This document shows, one piece after another, positions 1 through 10,611 of a stretch of 64,000 nucleotides of DNA. Under the pieces are notes generated by a model that worked only from the letters and a program-made list of their open reading frames with translations, searched no databases and was not told the DNA's origin. Within the stretch, counting starts at the first letter, position 1. The number at the start of each line of letters is the position of its first letter. Made by a program: the position numbers and the translations under genes. Source of the stretch: Longimicrobiales bacterium (GTDB lineage Bacteria; Gemmatimonadota; Gemmatimonadetes; Longimicrobiales; Gaopeijiaceae); assembly GCA_965218295.1 (NCBI GenBank), contig CBDCKN010000003.1:320001-384000 (forward strand), read 5' to 3'.

Positions 1-2121
1 CTCGGGCTCGAAGGCGAAGGGGCCGTCGATGTTGTGATCCTTGATGTCGTGATCCTGACGGAAGGAGAGACCCAGGAACGGATTGCCTCTCCCGGAATAG
101 GCGTACGACAGATCGAGATCCGTCCGGCCGCTCCTCCGGAACACGCCTTCGATAGCGTAGGAATGCCGGCCCACCAGGTCCTGTCCCTCGACGCGCGCAC
201 CGAATCCGGGCTTGAGCACTTCCTTGTCCTGCCGTGTCACGCCCGATCGGATGATCGGCTCCCAGGAGCGCGGCCAGATGGTCTGGAGCGCCCGGTACGG
301 GTGCGAATCGCCCGACACCTGACGGGTGAAGAGCTCCGCGGCCTCCTCCCCCCCGCGTGTGAAGCCCTCCTTCAGCGGGAGCGGATCGAACCAGGAGTCC
401 GGATCGAAGCGGATGCGCTCCACGTCCCAGCCATGGACATGATAGCTGGAGAAGTAGATCCACTCGCCCATGGGATCCACGGAGGGGTACGCACTCCCCC
501 CGAGCATGTTCGTGACTTGGCGGAGGGATCCCGGAGCTCCGGACGTAGGATCGACTTCCACGGCATACAAGTTCGGAATCCCGCTCCGGTCCGACGACCA
601 CAGGAGCCGGTGACCGTCCGGCGTCCAGGCCGCCGTTTGGTCGATGGCCCGGTCGTCGGTGACCTGATGTACGATCCGGCCCGTCGGGTCCAAAACGAAC
701 AGATCGTAGAAGGCGCCCGGCCTCCACCGCGAGGCGGCGATCCAGCGACCACCCGGTGACCAAGCCGGATACGCCCAGTGCTCGTCCGCCACCGACTCGG
801 TAAGAGGCTCGATCGCTCCCGTGGACAGATCCACCCTGACGAGGCGGTTCGTCCCGTCGCCATCCTGCACGGCCACGGCGTATCGACCGTCCGGCGAAAC
901 CGTGGGCTGATCCAGGCGAGCGCCCCGGGTTACCCGGTGCTCGACACCGTCGCTGTCGACGCGCACCAGATCGGACCGTATCCGGTACGGGTCGGTGAAC
1001 TCCTGTTGGGCCACAAGAAGCGCGCCGTCGGGAAGCCAGATCAGGTCCGCGATATTGTTCACGCGTGTGAGCTTACGGCTGTCGGATCCGTCCGGATTCG
1101 CCACCCGTAGCTGGATGTCGCTACGGCCGTCGGAGCGTAGGTAGGCGAGCCGGCTGCCGTCGGGAGAGATCTCCGGGAAGAGCGCCCGGCGCCCTTCCCG
1201 TGCGAGCGGCTTCCCCTTCGTAAGGGGGGCGGCGGCAGCCAGCGAATCGGCCAGGGCACGATAGCCGGCGTCGAGCTCTCGCTCCCACGAGGACCACGCC
1301 TCGCTGAAGCCGGTCCCGAAAGCGTCCTCCGCCCCCGAGTTCACGCGCCACGGGATGATCTGCCGGGCGATGGCCTCCACGAAATCGGCCATGCGCTCCT
1401 CCCCGTACAGGTCCAGCATGTGGTAGAGGAACGACGCACCGTAGACGTACACGCGGCTTCCGGCGGGCCAGTTGGGCGAGAGGCCGGAGACCTGATCCAG
1501 GCCCTCGAACCCGCCCTCGAGGATGGCCGTTCGGAGCACCATGTCGTGGAAGCTCCCCTTCACTCTCCCGGACTCGGTGAGGGCCGACTCGTAGTAGGTG
1601 GCCATCCCCTCGCCGATCCACGTCGGTACGTCGAAGCCCGGAAAAGCCGGCCAGTCCGCCGAGGAGCGTCCCAGCACCGTCCTCACCAGCGACCCGATGG
1701 GTCCCGTGTGGTCGAGATGGAAGACGTGTACCAGCTCGTGGGTGACCACCGTCTCCAACCAGTCGTCGAAGTGGGTGGTGTTGAACCCCTCCAGGGGAGG
1801 CCGGACGAAGACCGTGATCCGATTGAAGGGGAGCGCATTGGTGAAGCCGTTGCTCCGGTCGACGTGATCGGTCAACAGCAGCTCGATGCGGTCGCCAGGG
1901 GGATCGACGAACCTCTCGCTCAGGAGGTCATAAGCGCGTTCCGCACGCTCCCCCGCCCTCCTGGCCAGCGCCTCCAGATCGGCGGGGAAAGTGACGCGAA
2001 AGTGGGTCGTCTCCAGGCTTCGCCAGCGCTCGTCCGGCGGTACTTGCGCCGCCCCCGCGGTCGCCCACAGCACGCAGAGAACGACCGACCAGAGCGTGGT
2101 CGTGACGAGCGACCGGATCAT
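1..2121 (-). CDS. Secreted protein with N-terminal peptidase-MA-like (HExxH) domain followed by TolB/PD40-like beta-propeller repeats; 3' end runs off the window
   Basis: Manual translation from ATG at 2121: MIRSLVTTTLWSVVLCVLWATAGAAQVPPDERWRSLETTHFRVTF...VVTHELVHVFH...WIGEGMATYYES; signal peptide, HELVH motif, later SPDG-type repeats. Not in the ORF track because it has no stop inside the window. Confidence 0.7.
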   Translation of the reverse strand, partial: MIRSLVTTTLWSVVLCVLWATAGAAQVPPDERWRSLETTHFRVTFPADLEALARRAGERAERAYDLLSERFVDPPGDRIELLLTDHVDRSNGFTNALPFNRITVFVRPPLEGFNTTHFDDWLETVVTHELVHVFHLDHTGPIGSLVRTVLGRSSADWPAFPGFDVPTWIGEGMATYYESALTESGRVKGSFHDMVLRTAILEGGFEGLDQVSGLSPNWPAGSRVYVYGASFLYHMLDLYGEERMADFVEAIARQIIPWRVNSGAEDAFGTGFSEAWSSWERELDAGYRALADSLAAAAPLTKGKPLAREGRRALFPEISPDGSRLAYLRSDGRSDIQLRVANPDGSDSRKLTRVNNIADLIWLPDGALLVAQQEFTDPYRIRSDLVRVDSDGVEHRVTRGARLDQPTVSPDGRYAVAVQDGDGTNRLVRVDLSTGAIEPLTESVADEHWAYPAWSPGGRWIAASRWRPGAFYDLFVLDPTGRIVHQVTDDRAIDQTAAWTPDGHRLLWSSDRSGIPNLYAVEVDPTSGAPGSLRQVTNMLGGSAYPSVDPMGEWIYFSSYHVHGWDVERIRFDPDSWFDPLPLKEGFTRGGEEAAELFTRQVSGDSHPYRALQTIWPRSWEPIIRSGVTRQDKEVLKPGFGARVEGQDLVGRHSYAIEGVFRRSGRTDLDLSYAYSGRGNPFLGLSFRQDHDIKDHNIDGPFAFEPE

Positions 2122-2170
2122 TCCGGCCCTCCGACCTTGTCAAACCGCAGCGTCGTCATCACCCTTCGCA

Positions 2171-2218
2171 TAGTGTTCCGTTTCCAAAGTTCGCGAGCCA
2201 CCAAGAGGGCCGGGGCGC
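2171..2218 (+). repeat. Solo left end of the CTAGTG-type MITE family
   Basis: 45/48 identical to 17244-17291. Confidence 0.75.
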
Positions 2219-2262
2219 ACTACGGCCTCCACTCTTCGATCACACTGAGCCCCCCGGGGGGC

Positions 2263-2898
2263 ATGAGCGAATCGTCCAAGAACATCTGGTACCAGCTGGG
2301 CTACGCGCTGGAAACCGCCCGCCAGCATGCTCCTGCCCCGAAGAAGGTACGTAAGAAGCCGGGCAAGGCTGACGATGCGCCTGCGCCTTCCGCCGTAGAC
2401 CAGCTTCTGGCAGCCGGCGGCGGGGCCGTTACACACAGGCTGATCTCCGCCCTTTCGCGACGCCGACCCGGGACGCTGCGCATCGCCCGCGCCGCATTGG
2501 CCGGAGCCGGTGCCGCCTTCGTGTTGAGCCTGCTGCGAATGAGCGCGAACGGCTCGTCCGCCGAGAACGGCGCCGCGCCGGATCCCGCTCTGGAGCTCCT
2601 CATCGGCGCAGCGCGTGGGATCCTGTACGGCTCCGTGCTCGAGCCTCGGCTGCCGGGCTCCTCCATCTTCCGCGGCGCTACTTTCGGGGTCATGGAGTAC
2701 GTGGCCTCTCCCCTGGGCGGCCTTGACGGCATCCTGGGGGCCGCGAGCCCTCACCGGACCATCCCGCTCCTTGCCGTGCTCTTCGCCGGCGACGAGGTTC
2801 CGGCCGGGTCCCTGACCCATCATGTGGCATTCGGCGCAGCCCTGGGTCTCCTCTACGGGGAAGGAAGAGCAAGCAGGGGCAGGCGCGACGTCGTGTAG
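2263..2898 (+). CDS. Hypothetical membrane protein
   Basis: ATG at 2263 (MSESSKNIWYQLGYALE...) in the frame of ORF 1420..2898; several hydrophobic Gly/Ala-rich helices. Confidence 0.65.
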   Translation: MSESSKNIWYQLGYALETARQHAPAPKKVRKKPGKADDAPAPSAVDQLLAAGGGAVTHRLISALSRRRPGTLRIARAALAGAGAAFVLSLLRMSANGSSAENGAAPDPALELLIGAARGILYGSVLEPRLPGSSIFRGATFGVMEYVASPLGGLDGILGAASPHRTIPLLAVLFAGDEVPAGSLTHHVAFGAALGLLYGEGRASRGRRDVV

Positions 2899-4637
2899 GG
2901 AGGCAGGCTCCTCGGCTCGCTTCGGAGCATTCCCTCGGGACATGGCACGATCCCTACGCCCCCCCTCGTGTCGTCCACCGCATCGGCTTCGGTCCTGGTC
3001 GCAACATCGTCGACGATCCCAAGAATCTGCGCGGACGACTCTCCCCTTCCCACCCCTATCAGGCTGCAGAACGCCTCGGGCCGGGCCATCAGCACCGGAC
3101 CGACATACGCGGTCGCCAACCGATCTACCCGGTCGAGCACCACGTAGGAGACACCCGCCGCTCTGGCCTCCTCCAAGAAGCGGTCCGGATCCCGGCTCAG
3201 GGGATAGGTTCGACTCCTGACGCCCGAGAGAGTGTAGAAGATCCGCGGTTTTCGGCTGAACACGCCCGCTCCGTCGGGAGCGTTCTCGCCCAGCCACCGG
3301 GCAGCGGCGACGAACTGCTGGAATCCCTCACTGTAGCACGCAAAGGGGCCGGCGGCCTTGACCACCTCTCGGCACGCCGCCGCCTGACGCGTCACGTCAC
3401 TCCACCCCCGGGCCGAGGGGACGACCAGGAGAGAGATCGCGATCAGCCCAACGACAAGTGGCATTCTGGCGTGCACGCGGGCCGCCCCCGCGAGGAGAGC
3501 TTCACCCGCGTAGAAGAGCAAGAGCGGGTAGAGCGGCAGGGCGAAGCGATCCCCGGACCAAACGGCCGGCCAAAGCAGGATCAGGCCGAAGTAAAGGGGG
3601 AGAAACAGCTCGGCCACAGTGGTTTGCTCCCGGAGGCGCCTCGTCCACCCCACCGCCGCCATCCCCGCCAGCAGGAGGCCGAGCATCATCAAGGGCGCAC
3701 CGGACCAGTTCGTCAGCCCCCCCGGAATGTGGGAGAAGACATAGCCCTGGAGGTTGTCCAGAACGCGGCGGACCAGGTCCGAGACGCCGGCGGTACCAAG
3801 TTCCGGCTGGTACGGATCGATGAGCCAGAACTCGGAGACGTACTGGGCCTGCCCCGCGCCCCGGGAGCGTAGCCACCACGCCAGGCTGGGAATCGCGAAC
3901 GCTGCGGCAAATCCCCCGAGGGCCTTCCAGCGCCGGCCGACCGTCAGGGCCCCACCCATCGCGAGAACGAGCGGGAGGCCGGCCGTGCGCGTGAAAGTGG
4001 CCAGGATGGCCATGAGGCAGCCCGCTGCGATCCAGATCCCGGAGCGCTCCCCATCGTGTGAATCCTCTTCGTCGTTCGAGCGCTCTCCGTCGTGCGAGCG
4101 CTCCCCATCGTCCGAGCGGTGGAAGGCCCACAGACACCCCAGTGTCAGGGCCAGAAAAAGAGGGTCGGAAAGGATCCAATTGCTGGACCACAAAAACGCC
4201 GGGGAGAGGGCCAGGACGGCGGCCACTCCCGTGGCCAACCCGGCCCCGTGTCGGTCCTTCACCCACCCGAACGACAGCACCACTGCCGTCGTCACGAAGA
4301 GGACGGAGAGCAGTTTGAAGGTGAGCCATGCCTCGGCGCCCAGAAGCATGGCACCGGCTAGAATAGCGGGATAGAACGGGGGATACTTGGTGTGGGGGTT
4401 CCCGGCGGGGTCCCACGCCTCCACATAACCGGCCCCCTCGGCCAGCGAGTGCGCCAGCGAGATGTATCCGGCGTTGTCGCCCCCGTTGTGCGGGGCGGGG
4501 CTCAGTGCCGGGAGCACGATGGTGAGGTGGGCCAGAGCCACCACCAGGAGGATCGCCCACATGGGGATCCGGCGGCTGGGCGCCTCGGCGGCTCCGGCGG
4601 CCCGAGCCGATCTACCTTCACCGGACCGGCCGCTCAC
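2853..4637 (-). CDS. ArnT/GT39-like (GT-C fold) membrane glycosyltransferase
   Basis: GGDNAGYISLAHSLAEG and YPPFYP motifs, many TM helices; last gene of the murQ-anmK operon. Confidence 0.7.
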   Translation of the reverse strand: MSGRSGEGRSARAAGAAEAPSRRIPMWAILLVVALAHLTIVLPALSPAPHNGGDNAGYISLAHSLAEGAGYVEAWDPAGNPHTKYPPFYPAILAGAMLLGAEAWLTFKLLSVLFVTTAVVLSFGWVKDRHGAGLATGVAAVLALSPAFLWSSNWILSDPLFLALTLGCLWAFHRSDDGERSHDGERSNDEEDSHDGERSGIWIAAGCLMAILATFTRTAGLPLVLAMGGALTVGRRWKALGGFAAAFAIPSLAWWLRSRGAGQAQYVSEFWLIDPYQPELGTAGVSDLVRRVLDNLQGYVFSHIPGGLTNWSGAPLMMLGLLLAGMAAVGWTRRLREQTTVAELFLPLYFGLILLWPAVWSGDRFALPLYPLLLFYAGEALLAGAARVHARMPLVVGLIAISLLVVPSARGWSDVTRQAAACREVVKAAGPFACYSEGFQQFVAAARWLGENAPDGAGVFSRKPRIFYTLSGVRSRTYPLSRDPDRFLEEARAAGVSYVVLDRVDRLATAYVGPVLMARPEAFCSLIGVGRGESSAQILGIVDDVATRTEADAVDDTRGGVGIVPCPEGMLRSEPRSLPPYTTSRLPLLALPSP

Positions 4638-5800
4638 CGACTCGCCCCCGGCGTGAACGAGCCCAGGACCCTAGGGCCACGTGCCCCCGTGGCGTCGGGC
4701 GCGTTGGATGCCACTCCGTGCAGATGTGCCCACGTGAGCACCGCAAAGGCGAGGGCTTCCCAGGCGTCCGGGTCGACGCCAAGCTCTCCCCCGTCCTTCA
4801 CCGGGAGGGGGGCCAGCTCCTCCCGGATCGCCTCCGCCAGCACCGGGTTCCTGGATCCGCCTCCCATGAGGAACACCTCGTCGATCCCTCGTGGGAGGAC
4901 CCACTTGCGGTATGCGGCTCCGATGGTTCGGGCGGTCAGGGCCGTGAGCGTGGCGATGAGGTCGCGCCAGCCCGCTTCGTCGGAGCCGGGGGTCAGGCCC
5001 TCCGCCAGCCGATCCACGTAGGCGCGACCGTACCGCTCCCGGCCGGTGGTCTTGGGAGGCTCCGCCCGGAAGTAGTCGTCATCAAGGAGGCGAGCCAGGA
5101 GGTCCTCGTCGACCCGCCCGCGCCGGGCCAGCCCGCCGTCCACGTCGAAGGGGAGCTCACGGTTGGTGGCGCGTCTGGCGGCCTCGTCCACCAGGGCCGT
5201 TCCCGGGCCCGTGTCGAAAGCCAGAAGCGGCTCGGCCAACCCCGACGGGGGAAGCCACGTCACGTTGGACATGCCACCGATGTTGTGCAGGGCCCGCCGG
5301 TGCTGCGGCACGGAGTAGAGCAGCCAGTCCGGCCAGGTGACCATGGGGGCTCCATGGCCCCCGGCGGCCACGTCCCGGCTCCGGAAGTCGCTGACGACCG
5401 CCACCCCCGTGACCTCGGCCACGGTGGCCGGATCGCCGAGTTGGAGGGTCGATCCCCGCGCCCCGTCATCCGGTGGAACGTGCCAGATCGTGTGGCCGTG
5501 GCATCCCACGGCGGCCAGGTCCGCCGGGCTCAGCCCGGCCCCTTCGCACACCCTCAGCACCGCCGCGGCCATCCACTCTCCCAGGGAGGCGTTCAGCCGG
5601 CACAGCCCCTCCGGCGTGCCCTCCTCCATACCCTTCAGAAGCAGCGCCTGGCGATCCGGCTCATAGGGCGTGCTCTCGAAGGCGAGGAGTGTCCACGTGA
5701 AGTCCTCAGGAGAGCTCCCCCCGAAGCGCACCAGAGCGGCGTCGATCCCATCCAGGGAGGTCCCTGACATGAGGCCCACCACAAGCTCTCCCGAGCTCAC
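4634..5800 (-). CDS. anmK: Anhydro-N-acetylmuramic acid kinase
   Basis: GLMSGTSLDGIDAAL, HGHTIWH, DFRSRDVAAGGHGAP, NIGGMSN, FDTGPG motifs; GTG start at 5800 overlaps the murQ stop. Confidence 0.93.
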   Translation of the reverse strand: MSSGELVVGLMSGTSLDGIDAALVRFGGSSPEDFTWTLLAFESTPYEPDRQALLLKGMEEGTPEGLCRLNASLGEWMAAAVLRVCEGAGLSPADLAAVGCHGHTIWHVPPDDGARGSTLQLGDPATVAEVTGVAVVSDFRSRDVAAGGHGAPMVTWPDWLLYSVPQHRRALHNIGGMSNVTWLPPSGLAEPLLAFDTGPGTALVDEAARRATNRELPFDVDGGLARRGRVDEDLLARLLDDDYFRAEPPKTTGRERYGRAYVDRLAEGLTPGSDEAGWRDLIATLTALTARTIGAAYRKWVLPRGIDEVFLMGGGSRNPVLAEAIREELAPLPVKDGGELGVDPDAWEALAFAVLTWAHLHGVASNAPDATGARGPRVLGSFTPGASR

Positions 5801-6711
5801 CCGGTGGGATCCTCGGTGAGGTCTCCGAGTACGCGCGCCAAGACGCCGTCCGCCGCTTGGAGCATCCGAGTCGCCTCGTCCAGCTCGACCCCCCGATGTC
5901 CCATGACCAGGGCCGCCTTCACGTGCCCGCCTGCCGCCTCCAGGAGTGCCGAGGCCTGGGTCCGGTCCACTCCCAGAGTCTTCATGAGGATCCTCTCCCC
6001 GCGGTCCTGGAGCTTCTCGCATGTGGCTTGGAGGTCCACCATGAGGTTCCCGAACACCTTCCCGATCCGGATCATGGCCCCCGTGGTGATGATGTTCAGG
6101 ACCATCTTGGTGGCGGTCCCGGCCTTCATGCGCGTGGACCCGGTGACCACCTCGGGCCCAACCAGGGGCGCGATGACGACGTCGTGAGTGTCCACCAGCT
6201 CGGGCGTCGGATGGGTGCAGAGGAGGAAGCCGGTGCGGGCGCCCCGCTCCCGGGCCCGGGCGAGAGCACCGTGCACATAGGGCGTCGTCCCCGAGGTGGC
6301 AATCCCCAGGACGAAGTCGCTCGGCCCCACGTTCCTTTCGTCGATGGCGCGGGCACCGTCGTCGGGGCTGTCCTCGGCCCCCTCCTGTGAGCGGACCAGG
6401 GCCTCGAAGCCGCCGGCGATGATGCCCTGGACCAGGACGGGGTGGGTGCCGTAGGTCGGGGGCATCTCGGCCGCGTCCAGCACCCCCAGCCGCCCCGACG
6501 TGCCGGCGCCCACATAGATCAGGTGTCCGGCCCCCTTGAATGCCTCCACCACCATGTCGATGGTCCTAGCGATGGCCACCCGCTCCTCGGCCACGGCGTC
6601 CGCCACCATCCGGTCTTCGGCGTTGATGAGATCCACGATCTCGACGGACGAGAGGGCGTCGATGCGCGTGGAACGCGGGTTCCTCTGCTCTGTAAGGCGG
6701 TCATCGAGCAT
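5797..6711 (-). CDS. murQ: N-acetylmuramic acid 6-phosphate etherase
   Basis: TEQRNPRS, YVGAGTSGRLGVLDAAEMPPTYG, GPEVVTGSTRMKAGTATKMVLN motifs; ATG at 6711. Confidence 0.95.
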   Translation of the reverse strand: MLDDRLTEQRNPRSTRIDALSSVEIVDLINAEDRMVADAVAEERVAIARTIDMVVEAFKGAGHLIYVGAGTSGRLGVLDAAEMPPTYGTHPVLVQGIIAGGFEALVRSQEGAEDSPDDGARAIDERNVGPSDFVLGIATSGTTPYVHGALARARERGARTGFLLCTHPTPELVDTHDVVIAPLVGPEVVTGSTRMKAGTATKMVLNIITTGAMIRIGKVFGNLMVDLQATCEKLQDRGERILMKTLGVDRTQASALLEAAGGHVKAALVMGHRGVELDEATRMLQAADGVLARVLGDLTEDPTG

Positions 6712-6851
6712 GAATGGTCCTGGCCGCTCCTCAGTGGATGTGGGCCGAGGTGTGTACACCCCTCGCTTGCGGTATCTAGTACCGGCGAACAAGCTAACCT
6801 TCGTATTTTTCCGACAGCAACCGAAGATCGCATACACCGAGGGCATACACT

Positions 6852-8060
6852 TTGAACCTTCTCGAGCAGGCCAGAGCCATGGCCCCCGATCTGGTGGAGA
6901 TACGCCGCGACCTGCACCGGCATCCGGAGCTCTCCTTTCTGGAGGTGCGCACCGCCGGCATCGCGGCGAGAGCCATGGAGGCCCTGGGTTGCCGGGTCCG
7001 AACCGAGGTAGGCATCACGGGAGTGGTGGCCGACCTCGACAACGGCGCGGGTCCCATGGTCGCCCTCCGGGCCGACATGGACGCTCTCCCCATTCACGAG
7101 ACGAACACCCACGACTTCGTCTCGGAGAATCCCGGAGTCATGCACGCTTGTGGCCACGACGCCCACGTGGCGGGACTAATCGGGGCGGCAAGGCTGCTGG
7201 CTCGGGAGCGTGACGAGGGCCGGCTCCCGCCGGGCTCCGTCCGGTTCCTCTTCCAGCCCTCCGAGGAGCGGACGGACGAGGAGGGCAAGAGCGGCGCGGC
7301 GCGCATGGTGGACGAGGGAGTCATGGACGGGGTCGCCGCCGTCACCGGGCTCCACATCGCGTCGGTGCTCCCCTCGGGGAAGCTCTTCTTCCGGGTGGGC
7401 CCTCTGATGGCGGGCACCGAGGAGATTCAGGTGGAGGTCCGGGGCGAGAGCGGCCACGCCGCTCGGCCCGACCTCGGTGTGGACGCGCTCGTGCTGGCGG
7501 CCCAGGGGATCGTCACCGCACAGCAGGCCGTCTCCCGCGGCCTCTCGCCCACGGAAGCAGGCGTGCTCACCTTCGGCCGCATCGAGGGGGGCACTGCGAA
7601 CAACGTGTTGGCCGACCTGGTCACGATCGAGGGGACCATGCGGTTCTTCTCCGAGGACGTGCGGGATCGGCTTTGCCGCCACCTGAAGGCATCCTTCGGC
7701 ATGCTCGAGGCCCTCGGGGCCAAGGTGACGGTCCGCATCGGCCCCGGTTATCCGCCTGTGGTCAACGATGCCCGGATCACGGAGTGGGTGCAGGCAGCCG
7801 CCGTCGACCTCGTGGGCGACGACGCCACGCTGCCCATCGAGCCGACGACCCTTGCGGAGGACTTCTCCTTCCTGGCGCGCGAAGCACCGGGCACCTTCTT
7901 CTTGCTGGGAGCCGCACCTCCCGAGCCGCGGATGCACCACCGGCCCGACTTCGATATCGACGAATCTGCCATCCCCCTGGGCGCCGCCACGCTGGCCGCC
8001 GGCGCCGTCCGACTCCTTCGTGAGATGGCCGGAGGTACTGACACCGAGGAGGATGACTGA
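6852..8060 (+). CDS. M20D family amidohydrolase
   Basis: RRDLHRHPELSF, LRADMDALP, MHACGHDAH, FQPSEE, EDFSF motifs. Confidence 0.92.
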   Translation: MNLLEQARAMAPDLVEIRRDLHRHPELSFLEVRTAGIAARAMEALGCRVRTEVGITGVVADLDNGAGPMVALRADMDALPIHETNTHDFVSENPGVMHACGHDAHVAGLIGAARLLARERDEGRLPPGSVRFLFQPSEERTDEEGKSGAARMVDEGVMDGVAAVTGLHIASVLPSGKLFFRVGPLMAGTEEIQVEVRGESGHAARPDLGVDALVLAAQGIVTAQQAVSRGLSPTEAGVLTFGRIEGGTANNVLADLVTIEGTMRFFSEDVRDRLCRHLKASFGMLEALGAKVTVRIGPGYPPVVNDARITEWVQAAAVDLVGDDATLPIEPTTLAEDFSFLAREAPGTFFLLGAAPPEPRMHHRPDFDIDESAIPLGAATLAAGAVRLLREMAGGTDTEEDD

Positions 8061-8062
8061 AG

Positions 8063-9886
8063 ATGAAGGAGCTCCGCACCCTCCTGCCGTACTTCCGGCC
8101 GTACCGGAAGGGTGTCGTGGCGGGGCTCGTTCTGGTGGTGATCAGCAACCTCTTCACCGTGGCCATCCCCTACCTCGTGAAGCTGGCCATCGACGGTCTG
8201 GGTGATCTCGAGGTGGCGGCTGCTCGGATCACCACCTACGCGCTGCTGATCGTCGGGGTGGCAATCCTCGGAGGGGCCGCAAAGTTCGGGATGCGTGAGA
8301 TGCTCAATGGGCTGAGCCGCCGCATCGAGTGCGATCTCCGGAATGACTTCTTCAAGCACCTCCTACGGCTGGACGCCGCATTCTACGGGTCAGTCCGCAC
8401 CGGCGACCTCATGGCGCGGGCGACCAACGACACCCTGGCGGTTCGCATGGCCGCAGGCCCGGCCATCATGTACTCGGTGAACACGGTGGTGAGCTTTCTC
8501 CTCGCCCTGGGCTTCATGCTGTGGATCAGCCCGCGCCTCACGGTCTACGCGTTGATCCCGATGGTCGTCCTCCCTCCTGTGGTCTTCGCGTTCGCTCGGG
8601 TCATCCACGCCCGGTTCGAGGAGATCCAGGAGCAGTTCTCCACCCTTTCGACGATGGTGCAGGAGAACCTGACCGGCGTGCGAATCGTCCGGGCTTACGT
8701 GCAGGAAGAGTCTCAGGCGCAGCACTTCGACGAGCTCAACCGCCAGTACATGGGACGGAACATGGGCCTGGCGAAGGTGGCGGGTCTCTTCCACCCGATC
8801 CTCGCCCTCTTCTCGGGCGCGGGCATGGTGATCGTGCTCTGGCTCGGCGGACTGGAGGTTATCGCCGGCCGCCTCACCATCGGCGCCTTCGTGGCCTTCC
8901 AGATCTATCTGGTGCTTCTCATCTGGCCACTCATCGCCCTGGGGTGGGTGGTGAACCTCTACCAGAGGGGCGCCGCAAGCATGGGCCGCATCAACAAGAT
9001 CCTGTCCACCGAGCCCGATATCCGGGCACCGGAGCATCCCACTCGCCTCGAGAAGCCTCGGGGGGAGATCGAGTTTCGGAACGTGTTCTTCCGGTATCCG
9101 GGCACCGAGCGTCTGGTCTTGGAGGACGTCTCCTTCGTGACGAAGCCCGGTGAGACCGTGGCCGTGGTAGGCCCGACCGGCGCGGGAAAGACGACCCTCG
9201 TCTCACTGATCCCGCGGATCTATGACGCCACCGAAGGCGACGTGCTGGTGGACGGGATCGGGGTCACAGAGCTGGACCCGGACGAGCTGCGCACTTTCAT
9301 CGGCATGGTGCCTCAGGAGCCGTTCCTGTTCTCCACGACGATCGAGGAGAACATCGGACTGGGCCTTCCGGGAGACGAGTGGGCGCTGGAGGAGCCCCAG
9401 GTCCACGATGCCCCGGAGGGACCGCTCGAAGATCCGGACGAGGCCGTTGCCGAAGCGGCTCGCATCGCCCAGCTCGACGAGTCGATCCGGGGCTTCCCGA
9501 AGGGCTACGGGACGTATCTGGGTGAGCGGGGCATCAATCTCTCAGGAGGACAGAAACAGCGCGCGACCCTGGCCCGTGCCGTGGCTCGCGACCCTACCAT
9601 CCTGATTCTCGACGATGCGCTGAGCACGGTCGACACCCACACGGAAGCCCTTATCCTGGACGATCTGGCTCGGGTGATGGCCGGACGGACGTCATTCATC
9701 ATCAGCCACCGGGTCTCGGCGGTCATGAACGCCGACCTCATCCTGGTCCTCGACGACAGCCGGATCGTCGAGCGGGGCCGGCATGCGGAGCTCATGGCCC
9801 TGGGCGGCACCTACGCGACACTCCTCCGCCGGCAGATGCTGGAGCAGGACATCGAGTCCACCGTGGTGGGGACCGGCGGGGACTAG
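8063..9886 (+). CDS. ABC transporter, fused permease/ATP-binding (MdlA-like)
   Basis: TM domain, Walker A GPTGAGKT, LSGGQKQR signature, ILILDD Walker B. Confidence 0.92.
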   Translation: MKELRTLLPYFRPYRKGVVAGLVLVVISNLFTVAIPYLVKLAIDGLGDLEVAAARITTYALLIVGVAILGGAAKFGMREMLNGLSRRIECDLRNDFFKHLLRLDAAFYGSVRTGDLMARATNDTLAVRMAAGPAIMYSVNTVVSFLLALGFMLWISPRLTVYALIPMVVLPPVVFAFARVIHARFEEIQEQFSTLSTMVQENLTGVRIVRAYVQEESQAQHFDELNRQYMGRNMGLAKVAGLFHPILALFSGAGMVIVLWLGGLEVIAGRLTIGAFVAFQIYLVLLIWPLIALGWVVNLYQRGAASMGRINKILSTEPDIRAPEHPTRLEKPRGEIEFRNVFFRYPGTERLVLEDVSFVTKPGETVAVVGPTGAGKTTLVSLIPRIYDATEGDVLVDGIGVTELDPDELRTFIGMVPQEPFLFSTTIEENIGLGLPGDEWALEEPQVHDAPEGPLEDPDEAVAEAARIAQLDESIRGFPKGYGTYLGERGINLSGGQKQRATLARAVARDPTILILDDALSTVDTHTEALILDDLARVMAGRTSFIISHRVSAVMNADLILVLDDSRIVERGRHAELMALGGTYATLLRRQMLEQDIESTVVGTGGD

Positions 9887-10611
9887 ATCCTCTCCAGCAC
9901 CCACTCCGGTGTGAAGCGCACCAAGTACGAGCTCAAGATCGTGAACGAGCCCGTCGCCAGCAGCAGCCCCAGGATGATGAGCATCGCACCCGAGGCCTTC
10001 TCCACGACCGGAAGGAAACGCCGGAACCTGGAGAACGCCCCCAGAAAGAGGTCCAAAGCCAGGGCAGAGATCAGGAAGGGGATGGCCAGTCCCAGGGAGT
10101 ACACGCTCAGGAGAATCACCCCCGACCAAACCGTGTCCTGCGTGCCCGCCAGGGTGAGGATGGCGCCGAGGACCGGACCGATGCAGGGCGTCCACCCTGC
10201 TCCGAAGGCAGCGCCGACACCCAGCGTGCCCACGTATCCGGCCGGCTTGTCGTTCACGTGAACCCGCCGCTCGCGCATGAGCAGAGCGATGCGGAAGACG
10301 CCTATGAGGTGGAGTCCCAGAATGATGATGAGGACGCCGCCGATTCGGGCGATCCACACCTCATAGTAGCGGAGGAACACCCCCAGGAACGAGGCCGAGG
10401 CCCCCAGCGTGATGAAGATGATGCTGAAGCCCGCCACGAAGAGAAGGGAGTGGATGAGGGTCGCCTTGCGATCCACACCCTCCTGGAGGTCCTCCAACGA
10501 CATCCCCGTCACGAACGACAGGTAGCTCGGCACCAGTGGCAGGACACACGGTGACAGGAACGACAAGATTCCCGCCATCAACGCAACGACAACACTAACC
10601 GATCCGGTCAT
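9883..10611 (-). CDS. ccdA: Cytochrome c biogenesis protein CcdA / DsbD TM domain
   Basis: GILSFLSPCVLPLVPSY and GWTPCIGPVLG motifs. Confidence 0.92.
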   Translation of the reverse strand: MTGSVSVVVALMAGILSFLSPCVLPLVPSYLSFVTGMSLEDLQEGVDRKATLIHSLLFVAGFSIIFITLGASASFLGVFLRYYEVWIARIGGVLIIILGLHLIGVFRIALLMRERRVHVNDKPAGYVGTLGVGAAFGAGWTPCIGPVLGAILTLAGTQDTVWSGVILLSVYSLGLAIPFLISALALDLFLGAFSRFRRFLPVVEKASGAMLIILGLLLATGSFTILSSYLVRFTPEWVLERI

